A DNA stretch of 64,000 nt from Candidatus Heimdallarchaeota archaeon (GCA_016839945.1 JAEOTE010000090.1:32001-96000), one strand, 5' to 3'; positions 48,644 through 58,295 are shown, counted from the stretch's first letter. Numbers and translations are program-made. Notes: generated from the letters alone by a model not told the origin.

Positions 48644-49018
48644 TTATTTATCTGGAAAGAGTTTTTTCATTGTATTATTGAGATATAAATTTGCCTCTTC
48701 CATGAGTTGTTCTCCAAATTCTGTGATTTCGTAGTACTTTCGATCTATTCGTTCATGTTCATTCCTTAACTCTGTTTTTGTTACAATACCTTCTCTTTCT
48801 AACAGATATAGTATAGTATAATTTGTAACAGTAGCAGGACTGAAACCAAAACGGTTCTGTATCTCTTGCTTCAACTCATAAGCGTACTTGGGGCTTTCTT
48901 TTAGCAATTTTAAAACCCAAATCCAAAGCAAATCTATGGTTAAATTTTTTTCCAGTCTTTGAAATGCTTTTGATTCTCTAACTCCTTTAGGGAGTTCTGC
49001 TTGATTTGGTTGACTCAT
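48644..49018 (-). CDS. PadR family transcriptional regulator
   Basis: YAYEL, Y..LY.LEREG, RKYYEIT..G. Confidence 0.88.
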   Translation of the reverse strand: MSQPNQAELPKGVRESKAFQRLEKNLTIDLLWIWVLKLLKESPKYAYELKQEIQNRFGFSPATVTNYTILYLLEREGIVTKTELRNEHERIDRKYYEITEFGEQLMEEANLYLNNTMKKLFPDK

Positions 49019-49077
49019 ACTTCTTAATACGAAATTAACTAGTTTAAAAAATTTCAGTAGAAAAGTTGAGAAAATTA

Positions 49078-49491
49078 TTATTTTAAGGGCACATAAAGAG
49101 AAGATCTTGTTGCTCCAATTCCAGGGGCTCCATGTCTTACTATTTTAGTAGAAGGACTGAACTCTCCTAGCAGATGCCCAATCATTTGAGGTTGAATTTC
49201 AACTTCTATAAACTCTTTACCATTATACACTCCAACTGTTGCTCCAACCATCTCTGGTAAAATTGGCATATCTCTAACGTGAGTTCTTACTACATTCCTT
49301 TGTCCCTTTTCTTGAGCTTCAATAGCTCTTCTTATATCTTCCAATAGTTTTTTTCTCCTTGGAGTCCAAAATTCTTGGCGAGATAAGCTTCTTCTTCTTC
49401 GAGAAGGTAGTAGGTCTAGTACCTCATCCATACTCATCTGCTTTAGTTCATCTAATGAATGTCCTCTGTATCTGAATTTTCTCGATGACAC
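49078..49491 (-). CDS. rps19: Ribosomal protein uS19 (archaeal/eukaryotic S15e-type length)
   Basis: FRYRG, RTHVRDM.ILPEMVG, YNGKEF, HLLGEF, GATRSS..VPLK. Confidence 0.96.
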   Translation of the reverse strand: MSSRKFRYRGHSLDELKQMSMDEVLDLLPSRRRRSLSRQEFWTPRRKKLLEDIRRAIEAQEKGQRNVVRTHVRDMPILPEMVGATVGVYNGKEFIEVEIQPQMIGHLLGEFSPSTKIVRHGAPGIGATRSSLYVPLK

Positions 49492-49577
49492 TGTTTTTCG
49501 ACCGAATCAATACCCCTTGACACTCATTTTAAACCTTTTGATTTTTGTTACCAAAAACCTGATCTCTTTCAATAATG

Positions 49578-50477
49578 TCAGAATGTCAATAAATACAAAT
49601 CTACTAACCAACTAAGTCCAACAAGTGCTAAAGTAAAGAAAACTGGAAGTGGAAGACCAGGGAATTTACCATGTTTTAACAACATCTTCTCTGTTACTTT
49701 TACTCCAACCAAAAGACAGATTATGGAACCAAAACCTAAAACCAAACCAAGTTCTCTTGTAAAAAAAGTAACTACAGAGGAATAGAATATGAAATCTCCG
49801 ATTCCTATAGCTACTATTTTTTCATGAATTATGGATTTTTCTGATGTTATTGAAATGTTAGTTTTTTGGAATATCTTACTAATTGGTCCCCTAAAAACAG
49901 AATAAATATCAAAAAGCGAAATAAGAACAATTAAAGTTAAAAAAGTTATATAGTGCATAATTATACCAAATATTGATCCAATAGTAAAGCCTAATATCAG
50001 AATAATGGCGTTTCTTAGAAATTGTTTACCTTTCTCAAAAATAAAAACTAAACATGCGATTATCCCAACAATACTGCCGAAAATACCGAACACTATTTCA
50101 GCCCAAAATATCCCAGAAGAATTTGCTACTTCAGTTTTGTATATCTTAATGAAGTATGCATGTAACCAGAAGACACTTGCTGAAGAAACAAAAAGCCCAA
50201 ATGAGAAAAATATCTTTATGATTTTAAGTAGATTAAGTTTTATAGCTAAAACAATCAATGCACCACTCATTGCTGCAATAGAGACAAGCATAAATCCTTC
50301 AGCAAACTGTATTGAACCTCCTCCGTTTTCAGGAAGAAACAAGTTCATTTTTAAATCTGAGTTTTGATAAAACCACCCTATTAAGTAACTAAGGATTAAA
50401 ACAGGTAATATTGCATATTCAATAGACCGCTTGGTCATAAATGTAATTAATATGAATCGTCGAGATTCCACAGTCAT
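49578..50477 (-). CDS. Presenilin-like GxGD intramembrane aspartyl protease (A22)
   Basis: About 9 TM; ISLFDIYSVFRGP (TM6 Asp), GIGDFIFYS (TM7), PGLP (PAL-type motif). Confidence 0.85.
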   Translation of the reverse strand: MTVESRRFILITFMTKRSIEYAILPVLILSYLIGWFYQNSDLKMNLFLPENGGGSIQFAEGFMLVSIAAMSGALIVLAIKLNLLKIIKIFFSFGLFVSSASVFWLHAYFIKIYKTEVANSSGIFWAEIVFGIFGSIVGIIACLVFIFEKGKQFLRNAIILILGFTIGSIFGIIMHYITFLTLIVLISLFDIYSVFRGPISKIFQKTNISITSEKSIIHEKIVAIGIGDFIFYSSVVTFFTRELGLVLGFGSIICLLVGVKVTEKMLLKHGKFPGLPLPVFFTLALVGLSWLVDLYLLTF

Positions 50478-50537
50478 TTGTTTTCACCTTATTTTATCTT
50501 CTTCCTCTTTTTGTATCGTTGTTAGGTGTTTTTTCGT

Positions 50538-50960
50538 TTATTGACTTGTATACATTAATTTTATTCGATCTCCATCCTCTACATAGTAATTACTGATACC
50601 AACTTCTGAATAACTCCATGCATGAAGTTCAGGATTATAATAGTAAAAAGCCCAGTAATTTGGAAATTGCTCAGTATAACCATTTACGCCTTTAACATAC
50701 ACACCAAATGAGTAGTTAACTAAATTCAATGAAGCAATTTTATTGAAAACCTGAAGAGCTGAATTTCCTTTTGTAGTAGAGACATTATGTTCCTCATAAT
50801 TATCAAGTTTTAGCGTTCCATACTCAATAATTGCCAAAACCATAATGTTATCGTCATTGTTGGTTTTTGTTCCATATTTCACATAGAAAAATAGACCCGT
50901 ACTTAGAAGTACAATGCTAAGAATAGCAAAACTTAGAAGAAAGATTCGAGTCTTATTCAT
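50538..50960 (-). CDS. DUF4430 (transcobalamin beta-domain-like) membrane-anchored binding protein
   Basis: FGVYVKGVNG...YWAFY...VG...Y.VEDGD.I. Confidence 0.8.
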   Translation of the reverse strand: MNKTRIFLLSFAILSIVLLSTGLFFYVKYGTKTNNDDNIMVLAIIEYGTLKLDNYEEHNVSTTKGNSALQVFNKIASLNLVNYSFGVYVKGVNGYTEQFPNYWAFYYYNPELHAWSYSEVGISNYYVEDGDRIKLMYTSQ

Positions 50961-51606
50961 CTTGAATTACCTTTTGTTGAAGTGTTGATTCTTTCTTGGT
51001 TTCCATAAAAACTGGAATCATCAGTAGTTTTATTCCTCTATGTCTGAAAGCTGAAATGATCCATTTGATGGTATTTCTGGTTAAACTGAACAGAGCGAAA
51101 TTACCTAAGAAATGGATAATTGTAAATGGTATCCCCGTGATGAGAACTAGAAAGATGTAATAGGGAGTTATTTGTGATTGAAGAACTATTAATTGAGCTC
51201 CTAAAGTTGTAATAATGTCATAAATTAATGCAAATAATGAACCAAAAATTCCAAGCTCCCAAAATGAAAGTTTTAGAAAGGATTTTCTTCCTAGACCAGC
51301 AATTAAAGCCAAACTAACATAACAGAAGAGTTTGAAGAAAATTAAGAGTCCAGCAGAACCATAGATTGAAGTTACAAAAAACTCGTACACTATTGTTATT
51401 GCAACAGCTGCTATTACTCCATAATAATGACCAAAAAGGAGAGCAATTAGGAAGATCGTTACTGATATAAATTCAATATTTGGTATATAAACTACTATAG
51501 CAGATAGAATAATTCCTAAGCTTGCTAAAGATGCTGATACAGATAACTTGAGAATTGTTTCTATATTAGCTTTGGACTTTTTCTCTGGAATTTTCCTTCT
51601 TTTCAT
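50953..51606 (-). CDS. ECF transporter S component (CbrT-like, probable cobalamin uptake)
   Basis: IPNIE, 6 TM, G.PF...H..GN; paired with DUF4430. Confidence 0.75.
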   Translation of the reverse strand: MKRRKIPEKKSKANIETILKLSVSASLASLGIILSAIVVYIPNIEFISVTIFLIALLFGHYYGVIAAVAITIVYEFFVTSIYGSAGLLIFFKLFCYVSLALIAGLGRKSFLKLSFWELGIFGSLFALIYDIITTLGAQLIVLQSQITPYYIFLVLITGIPFTIIHFLGNFALFSLTRNTIKWIISAFRHRGIKLLMIPVFMETKKESTLQQKVIQDE

Positions 51607-51750
51607 TAGTGCAACCTATTATTCATGTTACTTTGTTTAACTTAAGAAGACATATGATAATAAATTATTTTCCTTTCTTATCCTATAGTATTTATTTCAA
51701 GTACTGGAAACTAACTCAACATTTTTGTATATATAAAAGTCTGTTTTCAC

Positions 51751-52233
51751 ATGGAGAAAAACTCCCGTTCTGAAGAATTTAAACTCTTCAAAGTAATTAA
51801 AGTGGAAGTTCTAACAGCTACCCCAGACATACCACTTTCTGAGGATGAAGAGAGTAGAGGTTATTTCCCAGAAATACCTCTTTTAAATTTTGAATTAGAA
51901 AATGGGGAGAATTTCTTAATGACTAACATTCCTGTTTCAGTTGCTATAGAAATTGCTAGGAAAGTTAATGCTGTTGAAGGAGCTGATTCTAGACTTACAA
52001 TTGCTGAATTGATTCCTGAAATATGTGTTATTGACAAAATCGTTATTGATTCTGTAATCCCATATTCAAATGCATATCAAGCAACTGTAGAAATTAGACT
52101 TGAAGGTTTTTCAGAAATACAACGTTTTCAAGTAATTCCTAGCCATGCAACATTATTAGCTTTAATCGCTGGTGCTGATATATTCGTATCAAGTTCAATT
52201 ATTAAATCTCCTGAAAACAAGAGGAATGTTTAA
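51751..52233 (+). CDS. Bifunctional nuclease (DUF151)-like protein, divergent
   Basis: R.T..EL, YQAT, PSHATLLAL...ADIFV. Confidence 0.6.
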   Translation: MEKNSRSEEFKLFKVIKVEVLTATPDIPLSEDEESRGYFPEIPLLNFELENGENFLMTNIPVSVAIEIARKVNAVEGADSRLTIAELIPEICVIDKIVIDSVIPYSNAYQATVEIRLEGFSEIQRFQVIPSHATLLALIAGADIFVSSSIIKSPENKRNV

Positions 52234-52327
52234 TTCTTTAAATGAGCCAAAAGCATAAAAGAAGAAAAGAAACAAATATCACTAATCCTGATAAAGAATG
52301 AATAACCACAATAATAGAGGAATATGA

Positions 52328-52495
52328 ATGGAACCAGAGAGTGAAAAAACAGAAATAAATGATGAAAATTTAGATGATATTCCAAGTTCAGATACAGAAG
52401 AAAGCAGTGGGAGAGATCGAGGAAAAATATTTTTAGGTATTTTGTTTATTTTCATAGTTGTGGTTATCTGGTATCTAATTGATCTATTAGCTTGA
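52328..52495 (+). CDS. Small tail-anchored membrane protein (55 aa; absent from the ORF track)
   Basis: Hand translation MEPESEKTEINDENLDDIPSSDTEESSGRDRGKIFLGILFIFIVVVIWYLIDLLA; GAGG about 8 nt upstream. Confidence 0.6.
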   Translation: MEPESEKTEINDENLDDIPSSDTEESSGRDRGKIFLGILFIFIVVVIWYLIDLLA

Positions 52496-52540
52496 AATCC
52501 AAAATAATTTAAGTGCTTACAAAAAGTAATTGTTGGTTAC

Positions 52541-53293
52541 ATGGGCGAGACTTTCATATCTATTGAAAATCTAATTAAAGTTTTTACTTCTAAAGCAGAA
52601 GATTTAACTGTCTTAAGTGGAACAAGTTTCCAGATAGAAAAGGGGGAGATTGTCTGCCTTTTAGGAACTTCTGGCTCAGGTAAAACTACAACTCTTAATT
52701 TATTAGCGGGCATAGATAAGCCCACATCAGGAAAAATATCTTATGGGGGAGAAGATATAAGCAAATGGGATTTAGCAGAATTATATGATTATAGACTCAG
52801 AGAGATAGGTTTTATTTTTCAAGATTTTCACCTAATGGAACATCTAACGGCTCTAGAAAATGTTATGGTGCCCATACTACTAATGAAAAAGGAAGAAGAT
52901 GAAGCTAAAGAAACAGCACTTGAACTCCTAAATAAAGTTGGTTTGGGAGCTAAAGCGCTGAATCATCCAGAAGAACTTAGTTCTGGAGAAAAACAAAGAG
53001 TATGTGTAGCAAGAGCTGTTGCTAATTCTCCATCAATTCTAATTGCTGATGAGCCTACTGGGACTTTGGACAGCAAAACTGGAGATGTTATTATGAATTT
53101 GCTTCTAGACCTTTCTAAGAAAAATAAAATGACTATGATTTATACAACCCATGATCCCTATTTAGCAAGAATTGCTACAAGGTTGTTAATTATCCAGAAA
53201 GGAATTATTTCGGAAACAGAAATAACCAATATAGAAGAAATTGATTATGACAATATTATCTTTGAATATAAGTTAGAGCGCGATGTAAAATGA
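52541..53293 (+). CDS. ABC transporter ATP-binding protein (LolD/MacB type)
   Basis: GTSGSGKT, GFIFQ, LSSGEKQRV, ADEPTG.LD, TH. Confidence 0.93.
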   Translation: MGETFISIENLIKVFTSKAEDLTVLSGTSFQIEKGEIVCLLGTSGSGKTTTLNLLAGIDKPTSGKISYGGEDISKWDLAELYDYRLREIGFIFQDFHLMEHLTALENVMVPILLMKKEEDEAKETALELLNKVGLGAKALNHPEELSSGEKQRVCVARAVANSPSILIADEPTGTLDSKTGDVIMNLLLDLSKKNKMTMIYTTHDPYLARIATRLLIIQKGIISETEITNIEEIDYDNIIFEYKLERDVK

Positions 53294-56199
53294 CAGATCC
53301 TGATATTAGTAAAGACACTGAAAACGATGAACCATTTTTAAGAAAGGTGTTCTATATCTTCTCATTCAATATTCGCTTAATTCTAAAGAATATTAGTAGT
53401 AGAAAGAGAAGTACTCTAATTGTAATTCTAGGGCTGATTTTTTCGCTTTCAGTTCTTTATACTTCATCTATATGGACTCACACATCAGAGAAAATTATAG
53501 CAGATGATTATATTGAAACTTTAGACTATGAGATGTATATCACATCTTTCTTAACACATTCAATGGATGAAGTTTACACTTATGTTTCACAAGATCAAGT
53601 TGTAGAACAAGTAGATTGGATATACCCGTCTGTTGCTTTATTCAATTTCGATGATAAGAATGATACGTATAGATGGTACCCAGAAGAAGCTCAAGAAAAC
53701 ATGACTAATCCCTTGTCTTTATCTGCTGGTTTTGTCGTATCATCACGCTCTCTAAATAGAATAAAGTTAAATCTAGATATAGAAGGAAGAAGTGAAGTGA
53801 ATTCAGGGGAGATTTTGATAAGTTACACTCAAGCAAAGCAGTTAGAGTCGATTTTCAACGAAACCATAGCACCCGGTTATAAGATTGATGTAGCAATTAC
53901 AAGAAGAATTCCCAATACTGATGATGGACAGATTTACATGTTTCATTATGATATAGATGAGACTAAATTTTACAATTATACGGTTGCTGGTATCTATAAA
54001 TATGTGGGACACAACACTGTAATTGACAGATTATTAGGAGGGGGGACATCAGGATCAGGAGGGATTATAGTTGATTCCATCTTTTTCCCTATTGAAGATT
54101 TAACTTCATTAGATTTATTCATTATGGACGGGTGGGGGATTCTTCCAAGGCTCTTAGTAAAAACAGATCCACAACAACTTCGAATTGATGGAATAACTTC
54201 AATGCCTGATAATCTTCTTGCATTAAGAGAAAGAATCGAAATTCGATTCTTTCATTCGTTTTGTTATATTTTATCTCAAGAAATCCAAACTATGACAGAA
54301 GAATATAGAAGATCATTTGCATCAACAACATTATTTATACCAACAATAGCCACTGCCATTGTGCTTACGATACTTTCGTCTCATATGACAGTTAGAAGGA
54401 GAAGAGAAGAGATAGCTTTTCTTAGATCAAAAGGAGCAGTTAGTAGTCAAATCATAGGGATCTTCTTTGGGGAATTTCTTTTTATTAGTGTTATCTCACT
54501 AGTTATTAGTATTGGAACGGGAATCTTGTTAGCAGCAACAATTCCGTCTGTAGGACACGGTAGTGTTTTTAACACATCGCTTTTTGTCAGATATTTGAAT
54601 GAGCTTGAAATGTCCTTCTATGATATTGAAATTTTTACGGTACTAATCCTTGGAATATATCTAGGTTGGACACTTCTAAATGTAATTACATTTGTAAGAA
54701 GAGATATTCAAGAATCGTTGTTAGTCACTCGCAAGGGTCAACAATTATTGACCATGGGTCTCAAAATCGCTGCATTTGCTCTTACTATTGCAGGGTTTAT
54801 ATTTCTTCTACTAGATTATTTGAAACTTGAACAGGAAAGTTTTACTTTTAATCTTACACTAATTACTGCTAGTTCCAATTCTCTTTACCTTTTTATTGGA
54901 GTAATATTCTTTACCTGTTATTTCGTTTCTTTAGGTATAAATTATCTCTTAAAGAAGAGCGAAGTTATCCTTTCTTCAATATTTAAAAGAAGCAAATTCT
55001 TCATTATTAAGAATATTAGAAGATATAGAAAAAGCTTTACTGATACTACTTTCTTCTTAATCTTAATAATCTGTTTATTAACTTCTTTCCTTACAATCCG
55101 TTCTTCAACAATAAGAAACAATATTCTAGAAGGCGAGTATAGAGAAGGAGCTGATTTAAGGATTGATGCTGTAGTTCCAGTTAACATAACAGATTTTGAG
55201 AATTCTTTAAGCAGTATAGAAGGTATAAATGAATCAATTGGGTTCTATACTGCTAAAGCAACTGTTGGATTTCAAGATGTGGAAGTATTTGGAATTGATC
55301 CTCTCAAGTACCTACGGATTGGGAAATGGTTAGATAATAGTTTTGTCGGAATGACGGCAGAAGAAGGATTAACAGCCCTAGCAAACGAGGAAGAAGGTGT
55401 TATATTAAGTGATTTTGTGGTTGACAGACTTGAATTCTCTCTTAATCAAATATTATCTATTACAGCTTTTAGAGGAGGACCATTTTATGTTGATTTTAGA
55501 TTAACATCAATAATAAGCTCTGCTCCAGGATTGGGTGTAGCTCATGGTCATGATCCGAAAATGAATAGAATTACAAATGAATGGGCATTAATCAATGAGA
55601 ATTATTTTCTTCAAATGATTGAACAAAGAAATAGTACTTTATTCTTAGCTTCAGTTGAAGAGAATGCTGATGTGGAACAGATTATTGAACAAATAAAGGA
55701 GATTAATCCCCTAGTTGTAATAAATCCAACATTCATTAACCCTGATTATATAGGATATTTCCTTGTTAATTATATTCCGCCTGTAGCAGTTTCTTTATTG
55801 TTAGGGGCCATATTTCTCAACGTTATAGGGGTAGTTTATATCATCATTTCAACAGATTTTATATTGGAACAACGTAGACGAGAGAATGCTGTAATGTTAG
55901 CTTTAGGTGGAAAACAAAGAGATATAAGAAAAATGATAATATCTGAGCTATCAATATTCATGATTACTACAGTAATAATTGGATTCATTTTAGGATTAAT
56001 ACTGACAACGGTACTATTAGTATTTATTAAGCCATTAATTATTTCAAGAGAAGTGGTTTCATTATCAATATTCATCGATGTTGTTCCGTTTATTATAATG
56101 TTCATTACATTATTCGCTGCTGCTATGATAGGTCTTATCCCAATCTTAAGAAAGCAAATGAAACATGAAATAATAAATGAACTGCGTGCTATAGTTTAA
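53290..56199 (+). CDS. FtsX-like ABC permease with duplicated domain
   Basis: RRREEIAFLRSKGA and RRRENAVMLALGG motifs; two large extracytoplasmic loops. Confidence 0.88.
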   Translation: MTDPDISKDTENDEPFLRKVFYIFSFNIRLILKNISSRKRSTLIVILGLIFSLSVLYTSSIWTHTSEKIIADDYIETLDYEMYITSFLTHSMDEVYTYVSQDQVVEQVDWIYPSVALFNFDDKNDTYRWYPEEAQENMTNPLSLSAGFVVSSRSLNRIKLNLDIEGRSEVNSGEILISYTQAKQLESIFNETIAPGYKIDVAITRRIPNTDDGQIYMFHYDIDETKFYNYTVAGIYKYVGHNTVIDRLLGGGTSGSGGIIVDSIFFPIEDLTSLDLFIMDGWGILPRLLVKTDPQQLRIDGITSMPDNLLALRERIEIRFFHSFCYILSQEIQTMTEEYRRSFASTTLFIPTIATAIVLTILSSHMTVRRRREEIAFLRSKGAVSSQIIGIFFGEFLFISVISLVISIGTGILLAATIPSVGHGSVFNTSLFVRYLNELEMSFYDIEIFTVLILGIYLGWTLLNVITFVRRDIQESLLVTRKGQQLLTMGLKIAAFALTIAGFIFLLLDYLKLEQESFTFNLTLITASSNSLYLFIGVIFFTCYFVSLGINYLLKKSEVILSSIFKRSKFFIIKNIRRYRKSFTDTTFFLILIICLLTSFLTIRSSTIRNNILEGEYREGADLRIDAVVPVNITDFENSLSSIEGINESIGFYTAKATVGFQDVEVFGIDPLKYLRIGKWLDNSFVGMTAEEGLTALANEEEGVILSDFVVDRLEFSLNQILSITAFRGGPFYVDFRLTSIISSAPGLGVAHGHDPKMNRITNEWALINENYFLQMIEQRNSTLFLASVEENADVEQIIEQIKEINPLVVINPTFINPDYIGYFLVNYIPPVAVSLLLGAIFLNVIGVVYIIISTDFILEQRRRENAVMLALGGKQRDIRKMIISELSIFMITTVIIGFILGLILTTVLLVFIKPLIISREVVSLSIFIDVVPFIIMFITLFAAAMIGLIPILRKQMKHEIINELRAIV

Positions 56200-56242
56200 A
56201 TGTATGAGAATATCTACTGATAAAAACAGAAATGAAGAACTT

Positions 56243-57358
56243 TCAAGCAATTATTAACTCTACTCTTGCTTTTTCTAAAACTTGGTTAATCATATATTCT
56301 TCAGAATCCTTCCATGATTGGTCAGCAAAAGAATAGTTATCAGGATTGAATAGTTTTGTTACTGTTGTTTGAGGATCTAGCATCATTATTTGAAGATCAG
56401 GAAATAAGGACCATAAGAGATTTATTAGCTCTAATTTATCTTTTGGAGGTAATAAGATCTTCCAGAGAAAACCTTTTTCTGTATCACGAAAGTCAGACTC
56501 AAAAGGTAAATCCAGATTTTGAAGAAGATAAATTATTTTAGACATAGCTCTTTGACTACAAATTGCTTTGAATACTAGTTCGTCTTCAAGACCAAAGAAA
56601 GATCTATCGAAATCTACTAAATAGTTCCGAATAACGTATTTACTAAGAAATTTCTTATGTCTAGAAATTGTGTATTGTGGAATATGAAGATGTTTTGAAA
56701 GGTTAACATATTTTTGAGTTGGATCCCTTACTAATTGCTCTAGAATTTGAAAATCAATGTACTTTAAGTTTTTAAGAACATTCTTAGGTTTTTCTCGTGA
56801 TATTCTTTGGAAGTAATCAAATTGTGGGATGTAGTCCACACTATCGATATTTTTTTTCCAAATATCCCACTTGAACGTCCATCTTCTGTTTTGAGGATCC
56901 CAATAGGATAAATCTATTCTTGTTTTAATACCTCTTCCAATGGTTGTTGAGTGTACTATTTCAACAATCAAATCATTGTCTTTTAAATAGTTTAGAAAAC
57001 TTAGGAAGTTACTTATGGATCCAGAAGGGATGTGTACTTTTAAGAAAACTCCAGTTATACCACCATAGCATCTTTGTCTTACTACTAAATATGGATGATA
57101 ATCTAGAATTCTTTCGACCACTCTGTATTTATCTATTGAATCAACTCGTAAAAGAAAGATATGGCTTTCAAGACCTAGTGATTCAGAGTGATATTCTGCA
57201 TGAAAACTTGTTATAACTTTATCTTTGAGAAGAATTTCAATCCTTTTCTTAACAGTAGGGGGGGATAAATCACTTTTTTCTGCAAGTTTACTGTAAGGCA
57301 TAACAGGTTCTTTCAGAATGTGTTTCAAAATTACATATTCTTCTCTTTTAAGACTCAC
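56243..57358 (-). CDS. Tandem Lrp/AsnC-like winged-helix regulator
   Basis: Two HTH units (ILKH...YSKLAE...SPPTVKKRI and DFQILEQL...YVNLS...TISRH), each followed by a beta-rich domain. Confidence 0.7.
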   Translation of the reverse strand: MSLKREEYVILKHILKEPVMPYSKLAEKSDLSPPTVKKRIEILLKDKVITSFHAEYHSESLGLESHIFLLRVDSIDKYRVVERILDYHPYLVVRQRCYGGITGVFLKVHIPSGSISNFLSFLNYLKDNDLIVEIVHSTTIGRGIKTRIDLSYWDPQNRRWTFKWDIWKKNIDSVDYIPQFDYFQRISREKPKNVLKNLKYIDFQILEQLVRDPTQKYVNLSKHLHIPQYTISRHKKFLSKYVIRNYLVDFDRSFFGLEDELVFKAICSQRAMSKIIYLLQNLDLPFESDFRDTEKGFLWKILLPPKDKLELINLLWSLFPDLQIMMLDPQTTVTKLFNPDNYSFADQSWKDSEEYMINQVLEKARVELIIA

Positions 57359-57425
57359 TTTTTTTCATTAAGAACTCAATAGATTACTTAAAAAACATTT
57401 GTACTTAAATAAAAAAAAGGAAGGA

Positions 57426-58295
57426 TTATTGTTTCTTTCTTTTTCGTTTAATACCCGTAAGTAGAGCTAGTACTAACACAGTCGGAATTAACCAAGAATA
57501 GGATGTGTCTGTTGGTGTTGGAGTAGGTGTTGGTGTTGGAATCACTACTGGTTTTATATAAAGACCATAAAGTACGTCTATATTGAAACTCTCTGTAAAA
57601 TCACCTATATGCGATAATGAACGAAGCTTAATTGATAACTGTTTAAATAATCCAGATGTTACATTGTATGCAACTGTAGCATTTAGCTTTAAGTCTGTAA
57701 TATTTGTAGGAATTGGCAAAAAACCCATACCTTCTCCACTAGTCAATTCTTCAAGAAGTGTATTATTAACTGTAGGAGCGTATAAATCAGCATTAAGCTT
57801 CAAATAATTTTCATTTAATTGAGAATATGCATACAAGTAAGTAACATTCAGAAATTCTGTGATATTCACAAGTAGATCCTCAAAAATAAATATAGAAGAT
57901 GTTGCATTCACAAAATCGCCGAAGTAATCTAGGTAATTAGGGATAGTACCTAATGTTAAAGGTAAGGCTATTGGTAAGCCATCAGGTAAAGTGAATGTCG
58001 TCGATTCAACTTCTGTTTCTACGAAATTTGTTGTATTAGTCGTCATTAAGCCTGTAGAATTGTAAACGTCATAACTATACCCAATATCGGTCAAACTAGT
58101 AAACTCTACAATAAAAGACAGATTCTCTTTCAAAAGCGCAGAATAATCCGTAATTCCCATTTTAAATGATTTCAACTCAAATTCATATTCTACATCTGCT
58201 TCAATACCCCAAGTTGTTGCAGCATTTGTGGGAGTAATGAATGTTAGGGATAATATAATAAATAGAACCCCGCTTACTAAAAATGCTTTTTTCAT
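57426..58295 (-). CDS. Secreted surface protein with Pro/Thr linker and C-terminal sorting-signal-like tail
   Basis: Signal peptide, N-x-S/T sequons, PTPTPTPTPT-DTSY-[hydrophobic]-KRKRKK. Confidence 0.75.
   Translation of the reverse strand: MKKAFLVSGVLFIILSLTFITPTNAATTWGIEADVEYEFELKSFKMGITDYSALLKENLSFIVEFTSLTDIGYSYDVYNSTGLMTTNTTNFVETEVESTTFTLPDGLPIALPLTLGTIPNYLDYFGDFVNATSSIFIFEDLLVNITEFLNVTYLYAYSQLNENYLKLNADLYAPTVNNTLLEELTSGEGMGFLPIPTNITDLKLNATVAYNVTSGLFKQLSIKLRSLSHIGDFTESFNIDVLYGLYIKPVVIPTPTPTPTPTDTSYSWLIPTVLVLALLTGIKRKRKKQ

Noticed and set aside
51607-51750. Possible cobalamin riboswitch upstream of the ECF S component
   Set aside because: No B12-box or GC-rich stems; it looks like a plain divergent promoter.
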